DNA of 64,000 bases. It comes from Candidatus Acetothermia bacterium. GTDB taxonomy: Bacteria > Bipolaricaulota > Bipolaricaulia > RBG-16-55-9. The notes beneath the pieces were generated by a model that had not been told where the DNA came from, did not search any database, and saw nothing but the letters and a program-made list of their open reading frames with translations. Where the stretch lies: contig JACQCZ010000016.1 of assembly GCA_016201405.1 (NCBI GenBank), forward strand, positions 23,798-87,797, given 5' to 3'. How positions within the stretch are numbered: the first letter of the stretch is position 1; each line of letters opens with the position of its first letter. The translations under genes were made by a program, and so were the position numbers. This document shows, piece after piece, positions 9,015 to 19,248 of the stretch.

Positions 9015-10901
9015 CTACCAATGAGGCTCCCATTGGGCCCGCCACCACTCAAAGACAAAGAGGTTCCAGAGCTCCCAGAAGCGATCTCTCTTAAAACTAA
9101 AGTGCTCCTTCATCAATTGCCCAACGGCACTAGCATTCCAAATTCCTGATTCCTCGAGGGCTTTTGGACTGAGTCTCTCTTGCACGGAATCAAAGAGATC
9201 TTTGCGGAACCACTCCCCGATGGGGATGCCAAATCCGCCTTTCGGGCGCTGCAAAATTCTTTGAGGCAGATAGCGCTCAGCCACTTTGCGCAAAATCCAT
9301 TTACGCTGTCCTTCACGGAGCTTCCAATTGCCCGGAAGCTGAAAAGCGAGCCTTGCAACAAGCGGATCGACAAACGGAACTCTCACCTCCAAGCTATGCT
9401 GCATGCTTGCTATATCGACTTTATGAAGCATGTCGTAAGGCAGCACAAAATTGACATCGGAGTAGAGCGAGAGATTGAGCCCTGTGTAGCCAGCACTCTT
9501 TCCTTCATCCCAGATCTGGCGCATGAGCGTGGGGAGAGGCTGCACATAGCCATTGTGGCTGACTTTAACGATCTCTTCCTGAAAATTCGTCTCTTGCGAG
9601 ACTGTAGCCTGCAAGTGGCGTTCTACTGGATCAGAAACCATTAAACGTGACAGCTTTCGGACCTGGCGCCATCGCTCCCCAATCAAGCTTCCTCGGCTCT
9701 CTGAGATGGGCAGTCGTGCTGTCAGGCGGAGAAGAGGAGCGACAGCTCCAAACCTCTCGGCCAGCCACAATCCCTGGTATTTGTTGTAGCCTGCAAATAG
9801 CTCATCACCGCCATCACCGGATAGCGCCACTTTCACATGCTGGCGGGTCACTTTGCTGATGATGGAGACCGGAATCAGGGACGAATCTGCGAATGGCTCA
9901 TCGAGGTGATCCAGCGTCTCAACCATCGCTTGCCAGCCTTCTTTGGATGAGACCGCGATCTCCTGATGGCTCGTTTTCAGCTCATCCGCAACGATTCTGG
10001 CGTATTTGGATTCGTCATAGGTCGGTACATCCGGAAAGGTGACTGTGAATGTTCGTAATGGCGAGCTTGATCTCTTCTGAGCCATAGCAACGACCAGCGA
10101 CGAATCGAGTCCACCGGACAAAAATGCTCCGACAGGCACATCGGCCAACAGATGCCCTTCTACAGAATCAGCCAGAGTCTCTTCAAGCTCGTCCACGGCA
10201 TCTTCAAGGCTTCCTTCAAAGGGCTTCTCATTGAGACGGAAAAAGCGCCCGCGATCCACAATCTTCCCGCTCCGCACGAGCAGCCAGTGTCCGGGCTCCA
10301 ATCTTCGTGCATCTTTCCAGATTGTCCAGGGGGCTGGAATGTAATTGAGCGTCAAATAAAACGAGAATGCTTCAGGATCAATTTGACGGGAGAAGCCATT
10401 CAAACTCAGGAGCACTCGTAGCTCAGAAGCAAAGTAGAGCCCATTGGGAGTCTCCGTAAAGAAGATTGGCTTGATGCCGAGCGCATCTCTTGCAAGTAAC
10501 AACTCATCTTTTCTTCGGTCATAGATGGCAAAAGCAAACATCCCCCTTAGCTTGGGCAGCATTTGCTTACCATATTCTTCGTAGAGATGGACGACTACCT
10601 CGGTGTCTGAGTGTGTGTAGAATTTGTGTCCCCTTTGGATGAGCTCTTCGCGAAGCTCGGGAGAGTTGTAGAGTTCTCCGTTGTAGACAATCAGAACATT
10701 TTTGTCTTCGTTGAAGATGGGCTGATCGCCCGTGGCAAGATCAATGATACTGAGACGGCGGTTTCCAAGCCCAACATTCTTGTCGCAGAAGAAGCCCTCT
10801 CCGTCTGGACCACGATGCGAGAGGAGATCATTCATGCTTTGGAGAAGAGTGCGATCTGCCAAAGCGCTGCGCTGAAGGTGCATTCCACAAATTCCGCACA
10901 T
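9015..10901 (-). CDS. asnB: Asparagine synthase (glutamine-hydrolysing) family amidotransferase, AsnB/WbpS-like
   Basis: N-terminal Ntn glutaminase start MCGI(C)G. PP-loop ATP pyrophosphatase motif SGGLDSS. Length 628 aa. Confidence 0.9.
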   Translation of the reverse strand: MCGICGMHLQRSALADRTLLQSMNDLLSHRGPDGEGFFCDKNVGLGNRRLSIIDLATGDQPIFNEDKNVLIVYNGELYNSPELREELIQRGHKFYTHSDTEVVVHLYEEYGKQMLPKLRGMFAFAIYDRRKDELLLARDALGIKPIFFTETPNGLYFASELRVLLSLNGFSRQIDPEAFSFYLTLNYIPAPWTIWKDARRLEPGHWLLVRSGKIVDRGRFFRLNEKPFEGSLEDAVDELEETLADSVEGHLLADVPVGAFLSGGLDSSLVVAMAQKRSSSPLRTFTVTFPDVPTYDESKYARIVADELKTSHQEIAVSSKEGWQAMVETLDHLDEPFADSSLIPVSIISKVTRQHVKVALSGDGGDELFAGYNKYQGLWLAERFGAVAPLLRLTARLPISESRGSLIGERWRQVRKLSRLMVSDPVERHLQATVSQETNFQEEIVKVSHNGYVQPLPTLMRQIWDEGKSAGYTGLNLSLYSDVNFVLPYDMLHKVDIASMQHSLEVRVPFVDPLVARLAFQLPGNWKLREGQRKWILRKVAERYLPQRILQRPKGGFGIPIGEWFRKDLFDSVQERLSPKALEESGIWNASAVGQLMKEHFSFKRDRFWELWNLFVFEWWRAQWEPHW

Positions 10902-10903
10902 GG

Positions 10904-12211
10904 CTACGTCTCACCTCCAGCAAGCTTTAATTGAGCCTTTGCAACATCTTCTTTGTATCTCAATTTTAGCTGAAGCACAACATGGGCAGCAATGATTAGA
11001 CCGATTGCCAGCCATAAGAAACGGCTGCGTAGCATCATTTGCTGGGTAGAATAGACCAACAGAGTCAAAAATCCTATAAAAATCCCGCGCGAAATCGCAA
11101 TCCAATGAGAATTGGCAAGCTTCGTTGCCAAGCGAATATTTTGAATACCTGTGACAATGATATATCCAAAAAGCAGCGCAAAAGCAACAGCACCAATCAT
11201 GCCCATCTCCGCTACAACAGAGAGATATGCATTGTGAATCTCATACTGGTAATCCACAGAGATATTCCCAAGTCCATAGCCAAGAAACGGAGATTTTTGA
11301 AAGAGTTGCAGGGCCACTCCCCAATTCATGAGTCTGAAGGGGTCTGTAAATTCACCCTGAGTGGTCACAGTGTTGATGACGCTTAGAGCGCGATTGATCA
11401 CCCCAAAATGTTGATCAATAAGTAGCACGATGAAATAAAAGCTTGCTAAGAAGATGACTCCTGCAATCAACATGCGAAAGTTGGCCCGCACCAGATAGAT
11501 CGACGCATAGATCCCAAGGCAGAATACCAACGCTGCAACGCCCGTCCGGGAGCCCGTCGCCACGATGCAAACAAAAGTTGCGATCAATAAAGCTCCATAG
11601 AAGAGACGACGAATCCATGAACCACTTCCCTGCGCCTCTTCCCAAATCATTGGAAAGAAGAGAACGAGAAAACCGGCCAGCTGATTCGGAAATTTGAATG
11701 TGGAGATCAGCTTTCTGGCCGTGTTATAAAACAAAGGATCATAATGGCCTGTCACAATTTGAAGGATCATCCCGAGAGCGCCTACGCCAACCACAATGAC
11801 AACTGAGATCCGAGCCCATTTGAATATCCTCTCAAAGTACTGCTCGCTCTGGGCTGCGATGAGTGCGATGGCAATGGCCGTAATGGCAAGATAGACCATC
11901 CCCCCGCTCTCAAAGAGATATTGGCTCACATGTGTGCTTCCAAAACCAGAAAGCAAGAGAGCAACAAGCCAAAGCCCAAACAGAATAAAGACATCTTTAG
12001 AAGGCAAACGGCTTTTGTATAGCTTCAGTTGCCCTGTGGACATTTGTAAAAATAAGAAGAAGAGAAAGGCTCCAAAGAGGACTTCGGCCAGTCCTAAGCG
12101 CTGCAGTAACTCCGTCTTGACCCAGGGAATCGAAAGGATGAAGAGACAAAAGATTAGACGTGTAGCCGAAAGCCACTGGCTCTTCACCGGGCTAAGAGCT
12201 ATGCTACTCAT
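10904..12211 (-). CDS. O-antigen ligase / Wzy-like polymerase family integral membrane protein
   Basis: About 10-12 predicted TM helices with a large loop near the C-terminal third. Position inside the polysaccharide locus. No enzymatic motif is readable, so the call rests on topology and context. Confidence 0.55.
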   Translation of the reverse strand: MSSIALSPVKSQWLSATRLIFCLFILSIPWVKTELLQRLGLAEVLFGAFLFFLFLQMSTGQLKLYKSRLPSKDVFILFGLWLVALLLSGFGSTHVSQYLFESGGMVYLAITAIAIALIAAQSEQYFERIFKWARISVVIVVGVGALGMILQIVTGHYDPLFYNTARKLISTFKFPNQLAGFLVLFFPMIWEEAQGSGSWIRRLFYGALLIATFVCIVATGSRTGVAALVFCLGIYASIYLVRANFRMLIAGVIFLASFYFIVLLIDQHFGVINRALSVINTVTTQGEFTDPFRLMNWGVALQLFQKSPFLGYGLGNISVDYQYEIHNAYLSVVAEMGMIGAVAFALLFGYIIVTGIQNIRLATKLANSHWIAISRGIFIGFLTLLVYSTQQMMLRSRFLWLAIGLIIAAHVVLQLKLRYKEDVAKAQLKLAGGET

Positions 12212-12362
12212 TGCATTACTTTACAGCAGGAGACCCATAGATTTCGACCTCTCCTAGCGTTGTCAGCCCTTCAGAGTGAATAGCCAAGATCGACGTTGCT
12301 GAAATCGAAAAGCATCGGGACACAAATGGAGATACAATTTAGCCCCATCTTTTTTTATGCCC

Positions 12363-12668
12363 TCATGCTGCAATTGAGGTCTGGAATCTTTGTCCTAGAG
12401 CGAATGTTTGCAAACCAGCGGATGACCCACTCTTCAGGCATACGCAAGAAGGCGCTGTGGATGAACGATTTGTACGCAATGCAATCATTTCATACTCGCT
12501 GATCTGAGTAAATAATCTTGGTAATTCTTTTGGATCATGCTGCTCATGTGAATCAAGTGCGACCACTATCTCATTGGCGGCCGCTCGTATCAAAGTCTGG
12601 AGGACCTTCTGTGCACTGTAAGCTGGAATCACAAACGAGACATTCATGAAATCTGTAATGACCGACAA
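12363..12668 (-). pseudogene. Possible remnant of a family-2 glycosyltransferase (N-terminal about 40 aa only)
   Basis: The translation begins ...VSFVIPAYSAQKVLQTLIRAAANEIVVALDSHEQHD. This resembles a GT2 N-terminus (SVIIPAYN...EIIVVDDGS.D) but loses similarity after about 45 aa. It sits in a 458-bp gap inside an otherwise tightly packed operon. Confidence 0.3.
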
Positions 12669-12669
12669 C

Positions 12670-14025
12670 TCATTTCACTTTTGTATCCTGCAGCACATAC
12701 TCAAAGACCTCCGCCAGCATTTTCGTCTGGCCGCGTCGGCTGTATTTCTCGATCTCAGCATGATCTCCTTCAAAAGGCACTTTCCCATAAGTTCGAAATT
12801 CTCCAAGCCAGTGCTTCAATATCGTGGCAACCTTATTAGACTCCGTCGCTTGAAGACCGGCTTTCGTTCGAGCCAGCAGCGTTTCAAGCACACCCCCAGG
12901 TGGCCCAATGCTAAGAATGGGCTTCTCTGCCGCCAAATATTCAAAGACCTTGCCCGTATAGACTCCCTGTGCTCGCAGATCCGTCCACACTAACAACAAA
13001 AGAATTGTCGATTGCAGTTGGGCTTCCAATGCCTGCTCACGCGGAACCTCACCAAATAGCTTCACGATCTCTTTAAGCTCTTGAAATTTGCCGTCAATCA
13101 GACTGCGAACGAATTCTTGCTTTCTCCCGTAAAATCGCACTTCGATCTCACTCTTGGATAACTCTCTTTCTCTCAACAACAAGAGTAGAGCTTCAAATAG
13201 TGCGCTCGGATCGCTTTTCTCGGAATAGATTGTTCCCGTAAGGGTAATGATGAATTTGGGGTTTTCAGTATTTGCTCTAAGAGCAGAATTCTTGACCCCT
13301 CCAGCCTGAAGGTCATCACGATCAAAGCCGTTGGGAATCACAAAGACCTGTTGCGAATATCTCGAGCGGAGCTCTTGTTGAAGTCCTTCTGAGACCGTGG
13401 TCATTGCCGATGCCCTGCTCATGACTCGTCGCTCTAATCTCTCTTCAAGCCCTTTCAAGAATTGCACCCGCTCCAGATAGGGATTTTGAGTCCAGAGGTC
13501 TCGGAAATCGGCTACCCAAGGAATCTTATATTTGCGACTCATGAGACTCGCCATCCAATGAGCTGTATTGGGAAGAGAGGAGCTGAAGATCAGATCGGGT
13601 CTCTCTTTCTCGATAATGCGACTGACTTCGCGCGTCCCAAAAATTAGCCAGAGCCAAGATTCATCAGGAAAGCAGATCACTTGACGATAGAACTTTATGA
13701 GCCGATTTTCTTCAAGAACCCTTGCAGATCCTTTCGAGCTTTTGGATTCTGTCTTTTTGAGTGCCCTGCCTGAGAGCTTAATCTTGCTATAAAGCCAATA
13801 AAAGATCTCATTCAGCGAGCGATCCTTGACCCGGTAGACGACGCCTATTCGGAGGTCATCTCTAAGTGGGCCTGAGCGAGTATAGCGGTCTGTGAGCGGA
13901 TTGACTGTGACAACAATCGGCTCCCAACCGGATTCCGGGAGGAATTTGGCGAATTTTGTCAGCCTGACGGCGCCGATCACATTCTTCGGCGGATACCAAT
14001 AGGTCAAGATGAGAGCCTTCTTCAT
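12670..14025 (-). CDS. Glycosyltransferase, GT4-like (GT-B fold)
   Basis: N-terminal Glyco_trans_4-like segment (ILTYWYPPKNVIGAVRL). C-terminal E...E nucleotide-sugar binding region (GVYTGKVFEYLAAEKPIL). Confidence 0.6.
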   Translation of the reverse strand: MKKALILTYWYPPKNVIGAVRLTKFAKFLPESGWEPIVVTVNPLTDRYTRSGPLRDDLRIGVVYRVKDRSLNEIFYWLYSKIKLSGRALKKTESKSSKGSARVLEENRLIKFYRQVICFPDESWLWLIFGTREVSRIIEKERPDLIFSSSLPNTAHWMASLMSRKYKIPWVADFRDLWTQNPYLERVQFLKGLEERLERRVMSRASAMTTVSEGLQQELRSRYSQQVFVIPNGFDRDDLQAGGVKNSALRANTENPKFIITLTGTIYSEKSDPSALFEALLLLLRERELSKSEIEVRFYGRKQEFVRSLIDGKFQELKEIVKLFGEVPREQALEAQLQSTILLLLVWTDLRAQGVYTGKVFEYLAAEKPILSIGPPGGVLETLLARTKAGLQATESNKVATILKHWLGEFRTYGKVPFEGDHAEIEKYSRRGQTKMLAEVFEYVLQDTKVK

Positions 14026-14028
14026 ACA

Positions 14029-15435
14029 CTACACACAGCCTGCGGCAACGGACCTGTAAAACTCTCTCTGCTGCTGGGTGAGCAGGTCGTTATTATGCCA
14101 AAGCAGCGTAAAATCTCCACGATGTGCTTTGCACACCAGTGCAAGGTCAAAGATGCGTTTCATAGCCTCTTCCTCCGAGAGCTTCATATAATCAAAGAGA
14201 GTTCGATCCAAAGCTACAAGCGGGCGCTCCAGTAACTCTAACTGCTTCCGGGTATTCAGATTATAAACTGGATACTCGTAGCACGTCCCACATCGAAATC
14301 CGATATGCCCCGAGAACGCAAGCGTACTGTCGTATGTAAGGCCAGCATCTTCCCAGCCCTGCCATGTTACAGGGCCTTTCCAGCGCAAAAAGTGTTGGCG
14401 GCCCCCCCATGCCTGCTGCTCGATTCCTTCAGATGCACAAACCATTCTTAACTTTTCAAATTCTTTCTTGATTTGCTTGGGGTCCAGGTAGGTCTGAAAG
14501 CTAGTATGCAACCCAATCTCATGTCCACGCTTATGGATTGCTTTGAGAAGGCGTCTGATCCACGGAGAGCGCAAATCATAATAGCCATCAATTTCTCCTG
14601 CCGTGCGCTCTGAGATAAAATTGAATGCGCTTTTGACCTCAAGCTGTTCGCTCAGACTCATGATAAAGTCAAATTGGTAGGCAGGATCACGCTCATACCG
14701 GTCATACCCTGTCTGGATTCGGGTCCTGAATCGGTGCCACGCCATTCCCAATTCGTGGCGGCGCAGGACATCTCCAGCGGTATTTCTTAATACAGTTGGC
14801 CATGATTTCCCTGCTACCCACGCCGGATCATCAACATCATGAGAGAGAACGAACCTATAATCTCGCTCTTTTCTCTTCAAACTTGGCCAGATGCGCTTCA
14901 GCAAAGCCCACAATAAATCCAAATACTCATTGACAATCGGACGTTCGAGGAATCCTTCTTTATACGCAAGCGATGCGGAGAAGAGGAAGCGGTCAAAGTG
15001 GTCTCGCACTGATTTTATTATTTCCTCATAGCGGGTGAGTATGAAGAAGGCACTGCCAAAGATGTCAATGCCAAGCTTTGTGCTTGTTCCTGTGCTTTCA
15101 TAAAAACTTCGTTTGGAAAGCTTCTGGCCATAAATGACGGGTAGACTCTCTTCGTTTGCTTCCGTGCATGAGAGAAGATCTTTTGGAATCTCCCATCGAT
15201 CAAGAGGCATTTTCGGCAATGACTTTTCAGTTAGCCACTCTTGCACGTTAGTTTGAAATAAAAGATCAGAGATTACTAACTCATAGCTCTGCGAATCACC
15301 GGATAATGTAATTCGAATATTGGTCCGATTTTGCTCAACCAACTCAAATTCAAGTCCTAAAAAATTTTGAAAAAATAAGAAGTAGATATATTGGCGCTCA
15401 GGCAAGTAACTAGGTGGATGCTCGATTACCAGCAT
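14029..15435 (-). CDS. CE4-like polysaccharide deacetylase family protein (divergent, with an extra N-terminal domain)
   Basis: Metal-binding motif set in order: D-D (FVLSHDVDDP), H-x3-H (HEIGLHTSF) and R...W (QHFLRW). This resembles PEP-CTERM-locus-type deacetylases. Confidence 0.5.
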   Translation of the reverse strand: MLVIEHPPSYLPERQYIYFLFFQNFLGLEFELVEQNRTNIRITLSGDSQSYELVISDLLFQTNVQEWLTEKSLPKMPLDRWEIPKDLLSCTEANEESLPVIYGQKLSKRSFYESTGTSTKLGIDIFGSAFFILTRYEEIIKSVRDHFDRFLFSASLAYKEGFLERPIVNEYLDLLWALLKRIWPSLKRKERDYRFVLSHDVDDPAWVAGKSWPTVLRNTAGDVLRRHELGMAWHRFRTRIQTGYDRYERDPAYQFDFIMSLSEQLEVKSAFNFISERTAGEIDGYYDLRSPWIRRLLKAIHKRGHEIGLHTSFQTYLDPKQIKKEFEKLRMVCASEGIEQQAWGGRQHFLRWKGPVTWQGWEDAGLTYDSTLAFSGHIGFRCGTCYEYPVYNLNTRKQLELLERPLVALDRTLFDYMKLSEEEAMKRIFDLALVCKAHRGDFTLLWHNNDLLTQQQREFYRSVAAGCV

Positions 15436-15438
15436 TTT

Positions 15439-16440
15439 TTACCCACCACGCCGAAACAGCCTCCGCAGAGCAGCCCGAAGATGAAGTGCCAGGTCAAGTG
15501 ATGGCCGTGCCCATGAAACTGAATAATAAGGTGTGAGCCGCCCACCAAATTTTCGGAAAAAGAGCTCAATCGCAGGCATCATGGAACCTTCAAAATCAAA
15601 CTCGCTGAGTCTCAGCTCTTCCGAAACAAATCGAATGGCCTTCCAAATCGCTAGGGCTGACGCTCCCGAGTGGGCAATGGCAGGATCATATCCTCCAAGC
15701 AAGTAGTATGCTCGGCGATGATCCCAGACGATATAGACTCCCGCAATCGGCCGATGTTGCCCATCGCTTGCAATAAAAATTTGAGACTGCTTTCGATTCT
15801 TGAGCAGAGCATGGATTCCAAAAGCAGCTTTGCGAAATCCGGCGTGAAGCTTCTGTCGATGGAAGGTCTTTTGGACCAGTTCAAAAAAACCGTCAAAATC
15901 ATCACTCTTCACGACTGAAATATTGTCACGCTCCGCGCGAAGAATGTCGTTTCGGCGGCGCTTCTCCATCTCATCCCAAGCTTGAGCGAGATCATCCAGA
16001 TGTAAAATGTACGTATATCGGACAGAGCTTGAATAGCCTGCCCAGATCATTGACTGCAAATCTACAACACTTGGATGAACCTGGAAACGCAACCGATCAT
16101 ATTGGTCTTTTAGCATCGGGGCTAAAATTGTCTGAATCTCTTTCTCTTTTGATATCTGGCTGATATATTTTGTCTCGCAAGGCTCATGAAGAATTCCCAA
16201 ATAGGGTGTGAGAGGTGGATGCTCTCCGCTCTTCAACCCAAGCGGAAGCTTGCGCACTCCCAATGGCAGACCAGCGATCAATTCCTTATTTTGATAGACT
16301 CCATAAATTTTGAAGTCACATCCGGTGGCCTGAAGCCACGATGAAGTTGAGAAGATCGTCCCTTGAGGTGATCGCTCAACCAATGAATCCCAACTCTCAT
16401 ATTCTGAAGAATTTAGCGCAACTACTTCATATTCTGTCAT
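15439..16440 (-). CDS. FemAB-like / GNAT-fold acyltransferase (EPS-locus associated)
   Basis: 333 aa with no TM. The C-terminal half has a GNAT-like beta-alpha pattern. It overlaps the next gene by 4 nt. Call is by weak similarity to FemAB/BioF2-like proteins that accompany CE4 deacetylases in EPS loci. Confidence 0.4.
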   Translation of the reverse strand: MTEYEVVALNSSEYESWDSLVERSPQGTIFSTSSWLQATGCDFKIYGVYQNKELIAGLPLGVRKLPLGLKSGEHPPLTPYLGILHEPCETKYISQISKEKEIQTILAPMLKDQYDRLRFQVHPSVVDLQSMIWAGYSSSVRYTYILHLDDLAQAWDEMEKRRRNDILRAERDNISVVKSDDFDGFFELVQKTFHRQKLHAGFRKAAFGIHALLKNRKQSQIFIASDGQHRPIAGVYIVWDHRRAYYLLGGYDPAIAHSGASALAIWKAIRFVSEELRLSEFDFEGSMMPAIELFFRKFGGRLTPYYSVSWARPSLDLALHLRAALRRLFRRGG

Positions 16441-17615
16441 GCGATGATTCCATCTTTCTGATCCTTCCCATTCAGATCATGACAGATTTTCCTCAACAGA
16501 TCTTTGGACATATTCTGGTGTACGGGAATATCCAACCCAAACCGGCTGAGCAGGTGAGATGCAGTCTCCTTACCATTTTGGGAATGATCAATTGGCTTTG
16601 GCCAGTTGAAATTACCAACTCTCATCCCCTCTCGACGCAGTCTCTTTGCTATGGCAATCCCTTGGTGTGGCAAATTTGTAATAACCTTCTGCCTCAGCCA
16701 TGCAGGCTTGATATTTTTGCCAACGGGCCAGCATGAATAGTTTTGCGAACTATCCACTACAAAATTGGCATTATCATTTCGCAACTTTAACACCTTGGAA
16801 TATCGCTCAAGCTGCCATAGCCCAAGAGCAGCCCGCAAAGGGCCAATCGAAGTATCGGGCAAGTCAAACCGATTCGCACGAGTGATCTTTCTCATCGCAC
16901 GATGGAAGATGCTCTCATGCCCAATCATCCGGCGTCTATGGATCAAGAATGCATTAAACTCTGACATCTTCTTATATTCCCATTCCACCGAGATTCCTTC
17001 CATCCGTGGAATCTGCACCTTTGAAGCAAGCGCCTTTGTATTGGCAAGAAGAGCTCCTCCCCACCCTAATGAGAGGGGCTTGTCGTAGTTGAAGCTGAAG
17101 ACTGCAGCATCCCCTACCGTGCCTGTTGGACGATCTCCAATCAAAGCCCCAACTGTATGCGCACAATCCTCGATGATCAAGACGTCCATGCTTCTGCAGG
17201 TCTCGATGATTTCTGAAAAATCATAAGGGACCCCAAATAAATGAGGAATAATGATCGCGGCATGTTCTGGCTTTAGTGATTCGACAATTGCACCCCAATC
17301 GATGCTGCCATTCACTGAGCTAAAATCGAATGTCTCTACCACAAATCCTGCGTTCAGGACCGCATCAGATACAGCTGGACAGTTGAAATTGCATATCAGA
17401 ACTGAATCTTTTCCAGGTTTTGCAGTGCTCTTCAAAACCCACTCGATCGCTCGTCTCCCGCTGGGAACGGGCCAGATCGCTCCTCTAATGCCTAAAAGGT
17501 CGAGAAATTCCTGCAAAAAATCCACAGAGTCCGGGGCCGCACGCTTGCGGCCGATCTCTTCCACAACCTCAAAACTCCAGAACTCTTCTACCGTATCTTT
17601 AATGGTTTGCCGCAT
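16437..17615 (-). CDS. DegT/DnrJ/EryC1/StrS-family PLP-dependent aminotransferase (third copy)
   Basis: Family pattern: GRRAIEWVL near the N-terminus and the PLP-Lys region FSFNYDKPLSLGWGGALLA. Confidence 0.7.
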   Translation of the reverse strand: MRQTIKDTVEEFWSFEVVEEIGRKRAAPDSVDFLQEFLDLLGIRGAIWPVPSGRRAIEWVLKSTAKPGKDSVLICNFNCPAVSDAVLNAGFVVETFDFSSVNGSIDWGAIVESLKPEHAAIIIPHLFGVPYDFSEIIETCRSMDVLIIEDCAHTVGALIGDRPTGTVGDAAVFSFNYDKPLSLGWGGALLANTKALASKVQIPRMEGISVEWEYKKMSEFNAFLIHRRRMIGHESIFHRAMRKITRANRFDLPDTSIGPLRAALGLWQLERYSKVLKLRNDNANFVVDSSQNYSCWPVGKNIKPAWLRQKVITNLPHQGIAIAKRLRREGMRVGNFNWPKPIDHSQNGKETASHLLSRFGLDIPVHQNMSKDLLRKICHDLNGKDQKDGIIA

Positions 17616-18540
17616 AAGCTTTGAGCTTTTGATAGAGCTCTTGTGGGATATTGATCTTTGTTGGTCTTTGGAATGATGATGGCACGTCTGCTAGCTGCTT
17701 CAAATCGACTCCATGTTTCCTTAAAAAATCTTCAAGCTTTGCAAGAGAAGTGCCCGTGTCTCTACAAAACTCTGCATAGTCGATATCCAAAAAACGACTT
17801 TCGCCAATCTTCTCCCGGTCACAACGTATGAGGTCATAAATCTCCCGAATCTGTTTTATGACTTGCTCATGTGACGGAAGCTTTCTCAGCTCATCAATAT
17901 TGGGTGGCTCCATCGACCACCATGCATCATAAGAGCCATTGACCTTCATTCTGACTTCAAGCAGTGAATGGGCATTGTCAACCAGGCCTCGATGAATGAC
18001 GATAAACAATGCCTTTGGCAAAGCTGTTGCAATGGGTTGGAGGCGCAAGGCACAGTTCATGTTTTTAAATAGAAGGGGTCTATTAATCGACAGAATCAGC
18101 GAGTACACGGCCTTGCCCATTTGCGCCATCTTCAAGGGATTGGCCTCGCTCTGAGGCACGTATTGTGGCTTTCTGCGAAAGAAACGATACCAAAACTGCC
18201 CACACTCACTTGGAGCCGCAATCCCTTCTGTCTGTCCATGGTGAGACTGAAAATCAGTTTCTCGCCTCCACCTTAGAGGATCAATGAGCCTTTGTGCCCA
18301 GGATGGAGCTCCCCAGAATTTGCAATGAAAATTCGTCAAATATCCAATGTCGTAGTGAGCGGTCAGAACTTGATAGAGAAGTGTGCTGCCAGAACGCGGT
18401 GCACCAATAATGAAAATCGGAATCAGCGAAGAGCTTTGTGGCTCTTGACTTTCTCTAGAAAGCCTGGTCTCAAGATACGAAAAGATAACATTCAAAGCAT
18501 AAAGTATTCTGGCAAAAATCTTGCGTATGAATGCTTTCAT
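17599..18540 (-). CDS. PAPS-dependent sulfotransferase (Sulfotransfer_3/Stf0-like)
   Basis: 5'-PSB loop IFIIGAPRSGSTLL and 3'-PB-like motif IVIHRGLVDNAHS. Adjacent to a PAPS-synthesis gene. Confidence 0.7.
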   Translation of the reverse strand: MKAFIRKIFARILYALNVIFSYLETRLSRESQEPQSSSLIPIFIIGAPRSGSTLLYQVLTAHYDIGYLTNFHCKFWGAPSWAQRLIDPLRWRRETDFQSHHGQTEGIAAPSECGQFWYRFFRRKPQYVPQSEANPLKMAQMGKAVYSLILSINRPLLFKNMNCALRLQPIATALPKALFIVIHRGLVDNAHSLLEVRMKVNGSYDAWWSMEPPNIDELRKLPSHEQVIKQIREIYDLIRCDREKIGESRFLDIDYAEFCRDTGTSLAKLEDFLRKHGVDLKQLADVPSSFQRPTKINIPQELYQKLKAYAANH

Positions 18541-18552
18541 CCTCAGCCTCTC

Positions 18553-19248
18553 TTATGAAAGAATTTTTACTGCTTTACGCTTTTGGACATTGGGTGAATT
18601 CAGTACATAAAACAATCTCGAAAATGCCTCTTCTTGAGCCAAGATTTCAAATCCAGCCTCTCGAAAGGTGCTTTCCAGTTTTGATCTCGTTATGCCATTA
18701 TGGCCGACTTCCCAAAAATGGCTCTTCTCTTTGATCTTCCCTCGAGGCGCTTTGATAGAGAAAGAATGACTGCCCAATTTCGGCAGCTGCACGCTGATCA
18801 TGAACCATCGCACTTGGTTTCTAGGCACGCTTAAAAATAAATTCCCTTTGCAGACGCAAACAATCCTCTCCAGCACGTTTCTAAATGCATCGAAGGGGAC
18901 ATGCTCAAATATTTCGAAAGCAAGTATATGGTCATAGGAGTCCACGAACGGATACTTCACTATATTTGCGACAATATCGGGTCTCTTTTCTGCATCAATG
19001 TCAACAGTAGTAACATCAATGCCTTTCGATTGCAGATAATTCGCTGTAAAACCAGATCCCACACCCATCTCTAATACATGTTGACCTCGTACCACAAATC
19101 CTTGCATTATCTTTTGTTGACGCCAATATAAACGCCAATGATCTTCACTTTCGAGTGACTGAATCCAAGACGCACTGTAACGATAGGATACACCGTCAAC
19201 AATCTCCAATTTTTCATTGGAATCTTGCATAAACTCACCTCTGTTCAC
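18553..19248 (-). CDS. Class I SAM-dependent methyltransferase
   Basis: Motif I VLEMGVGSGFTANYL and an acidic motif II (VDIDAE). Length 231 aa. Confidence 0.7.
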   Translation of the reverse strand: MNRGEFMQDSNEKLEIVDGVSYRYSASWIQSLESEDHWRLYWRQQKIMQGFVVRGQHVLEMGVGSGFTANYLQSKGIDVTTVDIDAEKRPDIVANIVKYPFVDSYDHILAFEIFEHVPFDAFRNVLERIVCVCKGNLFLSVPRNQVRWFMISVQLPKLGSHSFSIKAPRGKIKEKSHFWEVGHNGITRSKLESTFREAGFEILAQEEAFSRLFYVLNSPNVQKRKAVKILS

